Below, one piece after another: positions 18,108 to 27,262 of a stretch of DNA of 64,000 nt. The translations under genes and the position numbers were made by a program. The notes under the pieces are model-generated. The model worked only from the letters and a program-made list of their open reading frames with translations, made no database searches and was not told the origin of the DNA. Origin of the DNA: Planctomycetota bacterium (GTDB lineage: Bacteria > Planctomycetota > UBA8108 > UBA1146); NCBI GenBank assembly GCA_015664425.1, contig DQQH01000258.1, positions 9,359 through 73,358 on the forward strand, written 5' to 3'. The first letter of the stretch is position 1. Every line of letters begins with the position of its first letter.

Positions 18108-19517
18108 ATGTGTTCAGTGCCAGGACAGTCCTGCGGGTGTGAAATCAGCCGAAGAGAACTTCTCCGCAGGGGGAGCGCGGGCTTCGGGATGCTCGCTCTC
18201 TCTGGCCTCATCGGGGAAAGCATGCTCGCCGATGAGGGACTGATCTCTCCCCCCCATCACCCGGCGAGGGCGAAGAGGGTGATCTTCCTCTTCATGCATG
18301 GCGGGCCGTCCCAGGTCGATACCTTCGACTACAAACCCCTCCTCGAGCGGGACAACGGCAAGCCCCTGCCATTCTCCAAGCCGCGGGTCACCTTTGCCAA
18401 GACCGGAAACCTGCTGAAATCTCCTTGGGAATTCCGTCAGTACGGTGAATCGGGAATGTGGGTGAGCGACCTCTTCCCCAACGTCGCCACCTGTGTCGAT
18501 GACATTTGTTTCCTCAAGAGTCTTCATGGCACCAACGATGCCCACGGTGGAGCTTTGCTCGCCCTGCACACCGGTTCGGATACCTTCGTTCGCCCAAGCA
18601 TGGGGTCCTGGGCCATCTACGGTCTCGGAAGCGAGAATGAAAACCTCCCCGGTTTCATCACCATCTGCCCGACTCTGGGGCATGGCGGGGTCAACAACTG
18701 GTCTTCCGCCTTCCTCCCCGCGAGTTTCCAGGGGACGCCGATCGGGCATGCTGGTATTCCCGCAAGGAACGCAACCATCAACCATCTGAGCAACAAGCAC
18801 TGGCATCCGGATGTCCAGAAACTCCAGCTGGGCCTGATGCAGGACATCAATCTGGAACACCTCGGGAGCAAGGGGACAGATGACGCCCTCGAGGCTCGCA
18901 TCCGTTCCTTCGAGATGGCTTTCCGGATGCAGGCAGAGGCTCCGATGGTGATGGATCTGTCTGGCGAGACGAAGGAAACACTGGAACTCTACGGAATCGA
19001 TGATTCGAAGACCGAGAATTTCGGGCGGCAGTGCTTGATGGCCCGTCGCTTCGCCGAATCAGGGGTGCGTTTTATTCAATGCACTCACAGTTACAAGTGG
19101 GACCAGCACTCCAACCTCAAGAGCGGACATCAGAACAACGCTCTCGAAGTGGACAGGCCGATCGCGGGCCTGCTCAAGGATCTCAAGTCCCGTGGCCTCC
19201 TCGAAGACACCCTCGTTCTGTGGGGAGGGGAGTTTGGTCGAACTCCGACCGCTCAGGACGGCAACGGACGTGATCACAACCCCCATGGGTTCACGATGTG
19301 GATGGCTGGAGGCGGGGTTCGTGGAGGTAATAGTTACGGAGAGACCGACGACTACGGTTATTATGCTTCGAGAGACAAGGTGCACGTCAACGACCTCCAC
19401 GCGACTCTTCTGCATCTGCTTGGAATCGATCATGAGAAACTGACCTTCCGTCACGCTGGCCGGGATTTCCGGCTTACCGACGTTGCCGGGGAAGTTGTTC
19501 ACGACATCATCGCTTGA
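18108..19517 (+). CDS. DUF1501 protein (sulfatase/alkaline-phosphatase-like fold) with Tat signal
   Basis: Tat motif SRRELLRRGSAGFGMLAL; MHGGPSQVDTFDYKP...; GETDDYG. The ATG lies 5 nt after the upstream stop. Start is internal to track ORF 17565..19517. Confidence 0.8.
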   Translation: MCSVPGQSCGCEISRRELLRRGSAGFGMLALSGLIGESMLADEGLISPPHHPARAKRVIFLFMHGGPSQVDTFDYKPLLERDNGKPLPFSKPRVTFAKTGNLLKSPWEFRQYGESGMWVSDLFPNVATCVDDICFLKSLHGTNDAHGGALLALHTGSDTFVRPSMGSWAIYGLGSENENLPGFITICPTLGHGGVNNWSSAFLPASFQGTPIGHAGIPARNATINHLSNKHWHPDVQKLQLGLMQDINLEHLGSKGTDDALEARIRSFEMAFRMQAEAPMVMDLSGETKETLELYGIDDSKTENFGRQCLMARRFAESGVRFIQCTHSYKWDQHSNLKSGHQNNALEVDRPIAGLLKDLKSRGLLEDTLVLWGGEFGRTPTAQDGNGRDHNPHGFTMWMAGGGVRGGNSYGETDDYGYYASRDKVHVNDLHATLLHLLGIDHEKLTFRHAGRDFRLTDVAGEVVHDIIA

Positions 19518-19548
19518 TCGTGGAGATCAAGGGTATGAAACGGAATCG

Positions 19549-22017
19549 ATGAGAACACAGGAGGCGAAAAACGAGTGCGGGAGAGTCCAGGCATTCTCTT
19601 GTGCCCTGCTGGTAGCCATGGCGATGAGCGGAAGTGCTCAGGCCGGGCAACCCGAGGTAGATGGTCCCAATCTCCAGCCTGGTCTCATCTACGAGGGCTA
19701 CAACATCGGTGAGGAGCTGACTCGTCTTCCCCGCCTCATCCCGGGGCAGAAACCCAATACCGCCAGGATCGTTTCCACCGTCAACTTCCTCGGAGCGGAA
19801 GATGGCAATAACTTCAAACCTCTCATCGACAAGTTGTTCAACCGGGTGTACGGATTCATGAAAATCCGCCGCACTGGGAATGTCATCTTTCGTCTGAAGT
19901 GCGATGACGGCGGGATCCTGTTCGTCGATGGGGAGATGATTGTCAACAACGATGGTAAGCACGACTCCCAGGGCGTCGATGGGGTGCTTTCCCTGCGTCG
20001 TGGAGTTCACGAAATTCGAATCGAGCACTTCGATGGGGAGGGCGAGGATTCCCTGATCCTGGAGTGGCAACCTCCCGGTGCGAAGGCGTTTCAGATCGCT
20101 CCTGCGGGGCTGTTCTTCCACGACGGGGACGTGGACCTGAGCACCGAAGTGGGACTGAAGAAGGTCGAGAAGATAAACCCGACCGAGGGGTTCTCGAGGG
20201 AAGAGGCGGTCGAGTACGCCATCGAATTGGGGGTCCAGTACCTCCTCTCCGAAGAGGCCCGCTCCATCGGCCCCGCCGAGGGACGTCATCGCCTCGGCCA
20301 CCCCGCCGTCGAGACCTACGCTCTGATCGTTTCCGGGGTGTCTGCGGGCCACCCACAGATCCTGGCGAATTTCGCCTACCTCGACCGGTTTCTGAAGAGT
20401 GACCCCCACACCTATGCCCTCGCCTGCACCATCATGGCCTATGACGCAGCGATCGCTCAGCTGGAGCAGGACCGGATTCTGATGAATCCCCAGGGGGATC
20501 CAGCGGATTGGCTGGGGAACGTCAATCTCGCCCGGTCTCATTACAAGCAGATCGGGGATATCGGCAAGCTCCTCCTCAACAACCAGAACCCCGGAGGGGG
20601 CTGGCGTTACGCTCCCAGGGAGGGTGGAGGTGACATCTCCTGCACTCAATTCGCAGTTCTCGGCCTCGCCGCCGCCTCCAAACGAGGATTCAAGGTCCCC
20701 TTCAAGACCTGGGAAGAGGTCGCGGGTTTCATTTCGAGAATGCAGATCGACAGCGGCCCCGCCACCAGCAAAAGGGTCAGACTGGAGAAGATCGCCGAGC
20801 GAGCAGACTCGAAGAAAGCCGGAGCCCCCGGGTCGCGAAAGGCTGGCCGCAGAGGCGGGACAACCATCGCGCCTGAAGAGGTTCCCTCCCAGGTTCCCAT
20901 CGCGGGTGTCGGCGAGGTGCTGTCGCGGCGTTACGGCTACACCGGGCCTCAGAAGACAAACGATGGTGTGCGGAGCTGGAACCGGACATGTGCGGGTGTT
21001 TCCAGCCTTGCTATCATCGACCATCTCGTCGGCGCTCGATTCGACATCGAAGTGAGGAAGAAGCTCGCCAAAGCCTCTCGTGATGGTTGTGGCTGGATGA
21101 TGGAGAACTGGGCTCCTTTTGGTTGCTACTACGGGATCTACAGCCTCGAGAAGGTCGGCGACACTGGCGGAATCAGGCTCTTCAACGGAATCGATTGGTA
21201 CCACGAAGCGGTCGACTGGCTCCTCGAGAAACAGGAACCCCGGGGTAACTGGACCTCGACATCGATGTGGGGTGAGAACGAGAGAACCACCACGGCTCTG
21301 GCGCTTCTGGTACTCAATCGCGCCACCTCCTATCTGACCCGCAATCCCGCCGACAGAATTATCGCGACAGGTCAGCAGCGCAGAGAGGGTTCAGCGGACC
21401 GCCTGTGGGTCTACATGGAGGAGTTCGACCGGAGCATCTTTGTTCCACAGCTTCTCCGTACCCTCCGTTACCGCCCGCAGAAGAAGATCATGGAGTTCTT
21501 CGCTCGGGTTTGCTCCAGTTATCCGGAGTATTGGCGCCCTGAACTGGTCGAGCCCCTGCTCAGGTTGCGCGTCTCCTGCGATGACAAGCAGATGGCCGCG
21601 ATCATCCAGGACCTTCTCGACTTCGTTTGCGGGGTCGATCTCGGCTCCGACAAGAACTATCGCGAGTGGCTCAGGATGTGGGTGCGGGCGAAGGAGATCG
21701 GGGATATGGAGGATCTCTACGCTCACGCCGAACTCCTCGACATCTATTCTGCCGCTGCTGACTCCGGGCCGTTGAAAGCTGCAACGGTTCGTTCTGCACT
21801 GAGAGTCAATTCCCGCGAGATTCTTCCCCTGCTGCTCGAGGATCTGCTCTCCCCTGTGGCTGAGATTCGCGTGGTTGCTGCCAGGGGAGTGGATGGCCTC
21901 TTTGTAGATCCCGCTCCCTTTTTTGACTGGGCCCTCGAAGTTTCCGAGTTGCAGGAGGCCGCAGCGATGCTGAAACGCTGGGCACTCGAGCAGTCGAAAA
22001 AGGTTTCGAGCGAGTGA
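19549..22017 (+). CDS. Secreted multidomain protein: N-terminal PA14 domain, prenyltransferase/squalene-cyclase-like alpha-alpha toroid repeats, and C-terminal HEAT-like repeats
   Basis: Signal peptide AFSCALLVAMAMSGSAQA; PA14-like GLIYEGYNIG...FRLKCDDGGILFVDGE...EWQPPG; QW-like repeats NQNPGGGWRY / KQEPRGNW; HEAT-like LLEDLLSPVAEIRVVAARG. Confidence 0.55.
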   Translation: MRTQEAKNECGRVQAFSCALLVAMAMSGSAQAGQPEVDGPNLQPGLIYEGYNIGEELTRLPRLIPGQKPNTARIVSTVNFLGAEDGNNFKPLIDKLFNRVYGFMKIRRTGNVIFRLKCDDGGILFVDGEMIVNNDGKHDSQGVDGVLSLRRGVHEIRIEHFDGEGEDSLILEWQPPGAKAFQIAPAGLFFHDGDVDLSTEVGLKKVEKINPTEGFSREEAVEYAIELGVQYLLSEEARSIGPAEGRHRLGHPAVETYALIVSGVSAGHPQILANFAYLDRFLKSDPHTYALACTIMAYDAAIAQLEQDRILMNPQGDPADWLGNVNLARSHYKQIGDIGKLLLNNQNPGGGWRYAPREGGGDISCTQFAVLGLAAASKRGFKVPFKTWEEVAGFISRMQIDSGPATSKRVRLEKIAERADSKKAGAPGSRKAGRRGGTTIAPEEVPSQVPIAGVGEVLSRRYGYTGPQKTNDGVRSWNRTCAGVSSLAIIDHLVGARFDIEVRKKLAKASRDGCGWMMENWAPFGCYYGIYSLEKVGDTGGIRLFNGIDWYHEAVDWLLEKQEPRGNWTSTSMWGENERTTTALALLVLNRATSYLTRNPADRIIATGQQRREGSADRLWVYMEEFDRSIFVPQLLRTLRYRPQKKIMEFFARVCSSYPEYWRPELVEPLLRLRVSCDDKQMAAIIQDLLDFVCGVDLGSDKNYREWLRMWVRAKEIGDMEDLYAHAELLDIYSAAADSGPLKAATVRSALRVNSREILPLLLEDLLSPVAEIRVVAARGVDGLFVDPAPFFDWALEVSELQEAAAMLKRWALEQSKKVSSE

Positions 22018-22039
22018 GCCCAGCGGCAAGGAATGGTAG

Positions 22040-24145
22040 TTGCTGATGTCCCCCGTCTTCCTGTGTGTGGTGCTGCTCTTCCCTCCAGTTGCTGTCGATC
22101 CCCCGGAACCGATCGAGCCGTTGCCGTCTGCAAATCAACTGGCCTGGCAAGCGATGGATTACAACGCTTTCGTCCACTTCAACATCAACACCTTTACCGA
22201 TCTGGAGTGGGGGCACGGAACCGAGGACCCCGACACATTTGCTCCACAATCACTCGACTGCCGGCAGTGGTGTCGCATCTTCAAGGAGGCGGGGATGAAA
22301 GGGGTGATCATCACGGCGAAGCACCACGATGGTTTCTGCCTGTGGCCCTCTGAATATTCCGAGCACACCGTGGCCAGGAGTCCCTGGCGAGATGGCAAGG
22401 GGGATCTCCTCCAGGAACTCTCCGATGCCTGCAGTGAGTTCGGTCTGAAGTTTGGGGTCTACCTCTCCCCATGGGATCGTAATCACCCGGCATACGGCGA
22501 TTCTCCCCGGTACAACGAGGTGTTCCGGAACCAGTTGGAAGAGGTCCTCAGCCGCTACGGGGAGGTCTTCGAGGTGTGGTTCGACGGCGCCTGTGGTGAA
22601 GGCCCCAATGGCAAGAGGCAGGTTTACGACTGGCCGTCGTTTCACGAGGTGGTCAAGAGGCTCCAGCCGGGGGCTGTGATCTTCAGCGATGCCGGGCCCG
22701 GGTGCCGATGGGTGGGGAACGAACGCGGCTTCGCTGGTGAGACGAACTGGTCGATGCTGAGGAGAGATGAGTTCTTCCCCGGAACACCGCGCTACCGGGA
22801 GTTGACAGAGGGGCACAGGGACGGCACCCACTGGCTCCCCGCTGAGTGCGATGTTTCGATTCGACCGGGATGGTATTACCACCAGGAGCAGGATGAAAAG
22901 GTCAAGAGTCTCGAGGAACTGATCGAGATCTGGTTCGGGTCGGTCGGTCGTAATGGGTTGTTGCTGCTCAACATTCCCGTCGATCGTCGCGGCCTCGTCC
23001 ACGAGAACGATGCGGTACGGCTTCAGGAATTTCGAGACGCCAGGGAGGCCATATTCGAAAACCGGGCCGCTGGCGCCTCGGTCAGGGCAAGCAATGTGCG
23101 GGGAAAGTCTCCACGCTTCTCAGAAAAAATGATGATAGATGGCGATCCCGAGACTTACTGGGCGACCGATGATGATCTGGAGCGAGCCCAGGTGATGGTG
23201 GAGCTTCCTGCTCCTTCTCTGGTCAGCATGGTCACCATCCGTGAGCCGATCGCCCTCGGACAGAGGATTGCAAGCTTCCTGATCGACGTTCGTGAATCAG
23301 GCACCCTCGTCCGAGTGGCGAGTGGGACGACGGTGGGGAACAGGCGGATCATCCGCTTTCCTCCACGGGTAACGGATGCGATCCGGCTCACCATCGTCGA
23401 GTCCCGGGGGTGCCCTGCGATCTCCGAGATAGAGGTGGGAGCCCTACCGCCACGGGTCGAGATCGTGACCGGGGCCACCCATCTTTCCTCGCCCACCGAG
23501 GTGACCCTGCGATCGGAGACTCCTGGAGCCCGGATTCGCTATACCGTGGATGGCAGCGAGCCGGGAACCGCCTCCCCCCTCTACGAGAGCCCGCTGGTCA
23601 TCGATGGTGATCTGGAGCTGAGAGCGGTCGCTTTCCATCAAGGCCGCCGGGGCATCTTCGAGGCGAGGCAGCGCTTCGAATTTTACAACCAGGATGAATT
23701 TCTTCCGGCGATCCGGTTCATCCGGGCTCCCGAGAGAGGCCTCAACTGGCAGGCCTTCGAAGGAGAGTTCCGCAGCGTTTCGGAACTGGCAGATCGGGAA
23801 CCAGTTGCCACCGGAGAGTGCGAGAAGCCGGAACTCTCGGTGGCCCCACGGTCCGAGCACTTCGGGCTCGTCTTCGGTGGTTTCCTTGAGGTGCCACGGG
23901 ATGGTATCTATGCCTTCGAACTTTCGAGTGACGATGGGAGTCGACTCTGGCTCCACGATCGGCTGCTGGTCGATGGAGATGGATTGCACGGACCCGAGGT
24001 CAGGGGGGGCGCAGTCGGTCTTCGTGCCGGCTGGCACCCGCTACGCATCGCTTATTTCAATGCAACGGGCGAAGCGACCCTCGAACTGAGGTGGAACGGT
24101 CCAGGCCTCAGAGGCAAGGTCCCTTCGCGTTTCTTCGGGCGTTGA
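22040..24145 (+). CDS. Alpha-L-fucosidase (GH29) with C-terminal F5/8 type C (discoidin) and PA14 domains
   Basis: Signal peptide; GH29 core VHFNINTFTD...ITAKHHDGFCLWPS...YLSPWDRN...EVWFDGA; C-terminal PA14-like GLNWQAFEGEF...GIYAFELSSDDGSRLWL. Confidence 0.8.
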   Translation: MLMSPVFLCVVLLFPPVAVDPPEPIEPLPSANQLAWQAMDYNAFVHFNINTFTDLEWGHGTEDPDTFAPQSLDCRQWCRIFKEAGMKGVIITAKHHDGFCLWPSEYSEHTVARSPWRDGKGDLLQELSDACSEFGLKFGVYLSPWDRNHPAYGDSPRYNEVFRNQLEEVLSRYGEVFEVWFDGACGEGPNGKRQVYDWPSFHEVVKRLQPGAVIFSDAGPGCRWVGNERGFAGETNWSMLRRDEFFPGTPRYRELTEGHRDGTHWLPAECDVSIRPGWYYHQEQDEKVKSLEELIEIWFGSVGRNGLLLLNIPVDRRGLVHENDAVRLQEFRDAREAIFENRAAGASVRASNVRGKSPRFSEKMMIDGDPETYWATDDDLERAQVMVELPAPSLVSMVTIREPIALGQRIASFLIDVRESGTLVRVASGTTVGNRRIIRFPPRVTDAIRLTIVESRGCPAISEIEVGALPPRVEIVTGATHLSSPTEVTLRSETPGARIRYTVDGSEPGTASPLYESPLVIDGDLELRAVAFHQGRRGIFEARQRFEFYNQDEFLPAIRFIRAPERGLNWQAFEGEFRSVSELADREPVATGECEKPELSVAPRSEHFGLVFGGFLEVPRDGIYAFELSSDDGSRLWLHDRLLVDGDGLHGPEVRGGAVGLRAGWHPLRIAYFNATGEATLELRWNGPGLRGKVPSRFFGR

Positions 24146-24179
24146 ATCCCTGATCCACCCCGGGGGGTCGGTGCATCGC

Positions 24180-25601
24180 TCAGACGAAGATAAATGCCAG
24201 GATTTTGTAGAAGAACATCGCAAGGAATGCCCCCGCGGGAACGGTGATGACCCATGAGACGCCGATGTCCCTGACGGTGTGGAGGTTGAGGGCCCCCATT
24301 CCACGGGCGAGACCGACCCCGACAACCGCCCCGACCAGGGTGTGAGTGGTCGAGATCGGCAGGCCGAGTTTCGTTGCCAGGACGATGGTTGCTGCCGCCG
24401 AGAATTCTGCGGTAAACCCCCTTGATGGCGTCAACTCGGTGATCTTGCGGCCGATCGTTTCCATGACACGCCAGCCCCAGGTCGCCAGCCCGGCGACGAT
24501 TCCCAGCCCGCCGAGGGCGAGAGCCCACAGCGGCACCGCCGACTGCATATCGACCGTACCCTCTCTCACTGTCTGGACGACGGCGGAGAGAGGGCCGATG
24601 GCGTTGGCCACATCGTTGGATCCGTGGGCGAAGGCGACGAAACAAGCGCTCAGGATCTGCAGGTAAACGAAGATGCGTTCCACCTTGTTGAGGGCTGGAC
24701 TGTCGGTCGGTCCCTTCTCGGCGGCGAGCTGGGCGCCGAGATTCTCGGTGTGCTTCAAGAGCTCGGAGACCTCGGCCTGGACCTCGCCATCGGAGACCGC
24801 TTGTACCCGTCTCAGGTGCTTTTTGGCCCTGGCAAGGGAAGACGCCAGGTACTGGCTCCTCATCGCGTTTCCAGTCGGTGTGTCATCGTCGACCTGGATC
24901 CTTCGGACCAGGAACCGGGTAACGATGGCGGCAACGAGCCCGACAGGAATGGCTATGGCGAGAGCATTGAAGAAAGAGAGGTCCAGATGCCAGTTCTTCA
25001 GTCCCTTGAAAACCATCGTCAGCGTCAAGATGGTCAAGACGATGAAGGCGAGCACAGGCGCCAGCTGCTTGGTTGCCTTGAGCGGATTGGGTTGGTAAAA
25101 GATTTTTCTGAGGAGCAGACGGAACGTGAAGTAGGCGATGGTTGCGCTCAAGAGCGGGGAGATCAGCCAGCTCGACAGAATCTCACCTACCTTGGGCCAG
25201 TGGACCGCATCGAGGCCGCCGTAGAGGACTCCGAATCCGATGATGGCACCGACGATGGAGTGGGTGGTCGATACCGGCCAGCCGAAGTAGGAGGCGATCT
25301 GGAGCCATGCGCCGGCGGCGAGAAGGGCAGCGAGCATGCCACAGACAAAGGCGGTCGGATCCCCGGCGAAGAGGCTGGAATCGACGATCCCCTTGCGAAC
25401 CGTCTCGGAGACGGGCGAGCCGGCCATGAATGCCCCGCCAAATTCGAGGACAGCGGCGACCAGGACCGCTCTTCTGAGGGTCAGAGCGCCCGATCCCACC
25501 GAGGTTCCCATGGCGTTGGCGACGTCGTTGGCACCGATGTTCCAGGCCATGTAGAAGCCGAAGATACCCGCGAGTGTTAATAGAATGGTTCCGTCGGCCA
25601 T
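24180..25601 (-). CDS. pitA: Inorganic phosphate transporter, PiT family
   Basis: GANDVANAMGTSVGSGAL and a second GSNDVANAIGPLSAV repeat (PHO4 duplication), multiple TMs. Start MADGTILL. Confidence 0.85.
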   Translation of the reverse strand: MADGTILLTLAGIFGFYMAWNIGANDVANAMGTSVGSGALTLRRAVLVAAVLEFGGAFMAGSPVSETVRKGIVDSSLFAGDPTAFVCGMLAALLAAGAWLQIASYFGWPVSTTHSIVGAIIGFGVLYGGLDAVHWPKVGEILSSWLISPLLSATIAYFTFRLLLRKIFYQPNPLKATKQLAPVLAFIVLTILTLTMVFKGLKNWHLDLSFFNALAIAIPVGLVAAIVTRFLVRRIQVDDDTPTGNAMRSQYLASSLARAKKHLRRVQAVSDGEVQAEVSELLKHTENLGAQLAAEKGPTDSPALNKVERIFVYLQILSACFVAFAHGSNDVANAIGPLSAVVQTVREGTVDMQSAVPLWALALGGLGIVAGLATWGWRVMETIGRKITELTPSRGFTAEFSAAATIVLATKLGLPISTTHTLVGAVVGVGLARGMGALNLHTVRDIGVSWVITVPAGAFLAMFFYKILAFIFV

Positions 25602-25603
25602 GA

Positions 25604-26281
25604 TTATTTCAACTCGAGAGTTGTGCGAACCTTGTCTGCCAGGTTCTCGCTGAGATCGGAGATCTGGGCTATCTCGGCAAGGATTCCGAGCCACAGGTGG
25701 AACTCGCTATACGGCAATTGGTCCTCGAGATTGAAAATGACGCGCAGCAAGCTGCGCTGGCAAAGGTCGACCTCATGTTCCTTGACGGCGACCTCGTGGA
25801 CGATCTCCCGGACTCTTTCTGCTTCTGCGCCTCCAAAGCCGCTCTCCAGAAGTTCATCGAGTTCCTCGATGATTCTGGAGGTGAGCTGGAAACAATCTGT
25901 GCTCTTGGCGCAAAATTCGTTGAACAAGTCCTTCATCGGTTCGGGGACGGTGAGGTTTTTCAGAGTGCAGAGAACCGCCACGTTTTCGGCGGTGTCTGCA
26001 ATTTCATCCTGGGTGGAGAGAATCTCGAGAATCTTCCCGCGGTCTACGGCAAGGAAGAGTCCTCTCGGCAGATGGTTTCTGATGTCGTTTTTGACCAGAT
26101 CTGCTTCGTGTTCGGACTTGGAAATTTTTCGGGCGAGTTCGGCGATCATCGGATGGTCGCCTGCGAGGAACGCCTTGAACAATCCACCCAGTTCATCTAC
26201 GCATTCTCCCACTTTCCGCATGTGGGACTGAAGCGGCACGAAAGGTGATTTTCCGAACAGGCTTGCAAAGGTGCGCATCAA
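25604..26281 (-). CDS. DUF47 (PhoU-like, TIGR00153) protein that usually accompanies PiT
   Basis: 225-aa helical protein. Canonical position immediately upstream of pit, with a 2-nt spacing. Confidence 0.75.
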   Translation of the reverse strand: MMRTFASLFGKSPFVPLQSHMRKVGECVDELGGLFKAFLAGDHPMIAELARKISKSEHEADLVKNDIRNHLPRGLFLAVDRGKILEILSTQDEIADTAENVAVLCTLKNLTVPEPMKDLFNEFCAKSTDCFQLTSRIIEELDELLESGFGGAEAERVREIVHEVAVKEHEVDLCQRSLLRVIFNLEDQLPYSEFHLWLGILAEIAQISDLSENLADKVRTTLELK

Positions 26282-26474
26282 TTTTCCTCTGGTTCTTCTC
26301 GAGATTCATTCCCGGGCCTGGATCAATTCGGCTACTCACCATTCGCCGGGAAGGATGGCAATTTATCAAAATATGTGAAGGTATTTCTTTTTCCCTGAAT
26401 CCCTCGAGGGCAGCGAATGCGAATAGGGGGCTAGAAAGGCATTTCAGGGGGGGCGCCCCGGAGAATCGACATCC

Positions 26475-26520
26475 GGAAAATTAAAAGAGCGCCCCGCGGG
26501 ATTCCCGCAGGGCGCTCTTC
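26475..26520 (-). terminator. Rho-independent terminator for the minus-strand OMP gene
   Basis: GC stem GAGCGCCCTGCGGG / CCCGCGGGGCGCTC (on the minus strand), followed on the minus-strand transcript by CTTTTAATTTT. Confidence 0.55.
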
Positions 26521-26544
26521 TGGGGGGCGAAAAAACCGCTGCTT

Positions 26545-27120
26545 CTACCAGTTCCAGCCTAGAGAGATTCCGACCGACTGGCGGTCGAAAGCCTTGTCGT
26601 CGTAAATACAGCTGCGGTAATCGAAACCGATGTGAGCATTGTCCCCGAGATGGATGTAGCCGCCACCGTGGAAATAGAAACCCGTTTCCGATGCATCGAC
26701 TCCGTTGTTGGTCGAGTCGAGCAGAGCGATTCCACCACCGCCAAAAGCTGAGAAGGGAGTGAAGGGGAAGTTGGCGGTGACCCGTCCACCCGCGACGAAC
26801 TCAGCGAAGCGTAGTTCGATCGGCCCATCCTTTTCCCCGACCACGTTCACTCCCACCTCAGGGGCGAGGTACCATTCGCTCTTGCGAGCGCTGACCATCA
26901 CGCCACCACCATCGACCGACTTGTAAATGTTCAGATCCGAATTGGTGCCATAGTCATAGACTGCGCTGTGGAAACTCACTGTCCCGCTGTAGGGGGACAG
27001 GTTCGGCTGTTCGACGCCGGAGAAGGGCGATTTTGCTTCCGGGCGGAAGCGCACGAAATCTTCGTCAACGGCACAACCCGCGCAGAGGAGCAACAGGCAG
27101 AGCATCAATGGGACTCGCAT
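26545..27120 (-). CDS. Small outer-membrane beta-barrel protein (OmpW/OmpA-like, 8-strand class)
   Basis: Signal peptide MRVPLMLCLLLLCAGC, Gly/aromatic-rich beta-strand pattern, C-terminal ...GISLGWNW. Confidence 0.5.
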   Translation of the reverse strand: MRVPLMLCLLLLCAGCAVDEDFVRFRPEAKSPFSGVEQPNLSPYSGTVSFHSAVYDYGTNSDLNIYKSVDGGGVMVSARKSEWYLAPEVGVNVVGEKDGPIELRFAEFVAGGRVTANFPFTPFSAFGGGGIALLDSTNNGVDASETGFYFHGGGYIHLGDNAHIGFDYRSCIYDDKAFDRQSVGISLGWNW

Positions 27121-27159
27121 CGTCCGCTGGCCTTTCTCAGGGTTCACCTTCCGATGAAC

Positions 27160-27262
27160 CGTTGGAATGGGGGAAGCGGGAGAATCGAACTCCCGCTGGC
27201 CGGTGGTGCCGATCCCACCCTCGACAGCAGTGTCGGGAGGGAAGAAACGGGTGCACCCCAGG
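27160..27262 (-). ncRNA. tRNA-like element: perfect T-arm (GGGAG-TTCGATT-CTCCC) plus 7-nt 3' acceptor strand (GCTTCCC). No complete cloverleaf could be folded by hand. Possible tmRNA 3' domain or a tRNA 3'-end remnant.
   Basis: Minus-strand sequence ...CCAGCGGGAGTTCGATTCTCCCGCTTCCCCCATT, inside a 1.2-kb ORF-free region. No 5' acceptor strand complementary to the 3' acceptor strand was found. Confidence 0.25.

Noticed and set aside
16931-18223. 430-aa minus-strand ORF inside the DUF1549/DUF1553 gene, and similar 300-565 aa antisense ORFs at 19507..21204 and 28218..29573
   Set aside because: They are antisense to strongly supported genes (PA14 protein, PilB). GC-driven open frames with no motifs.
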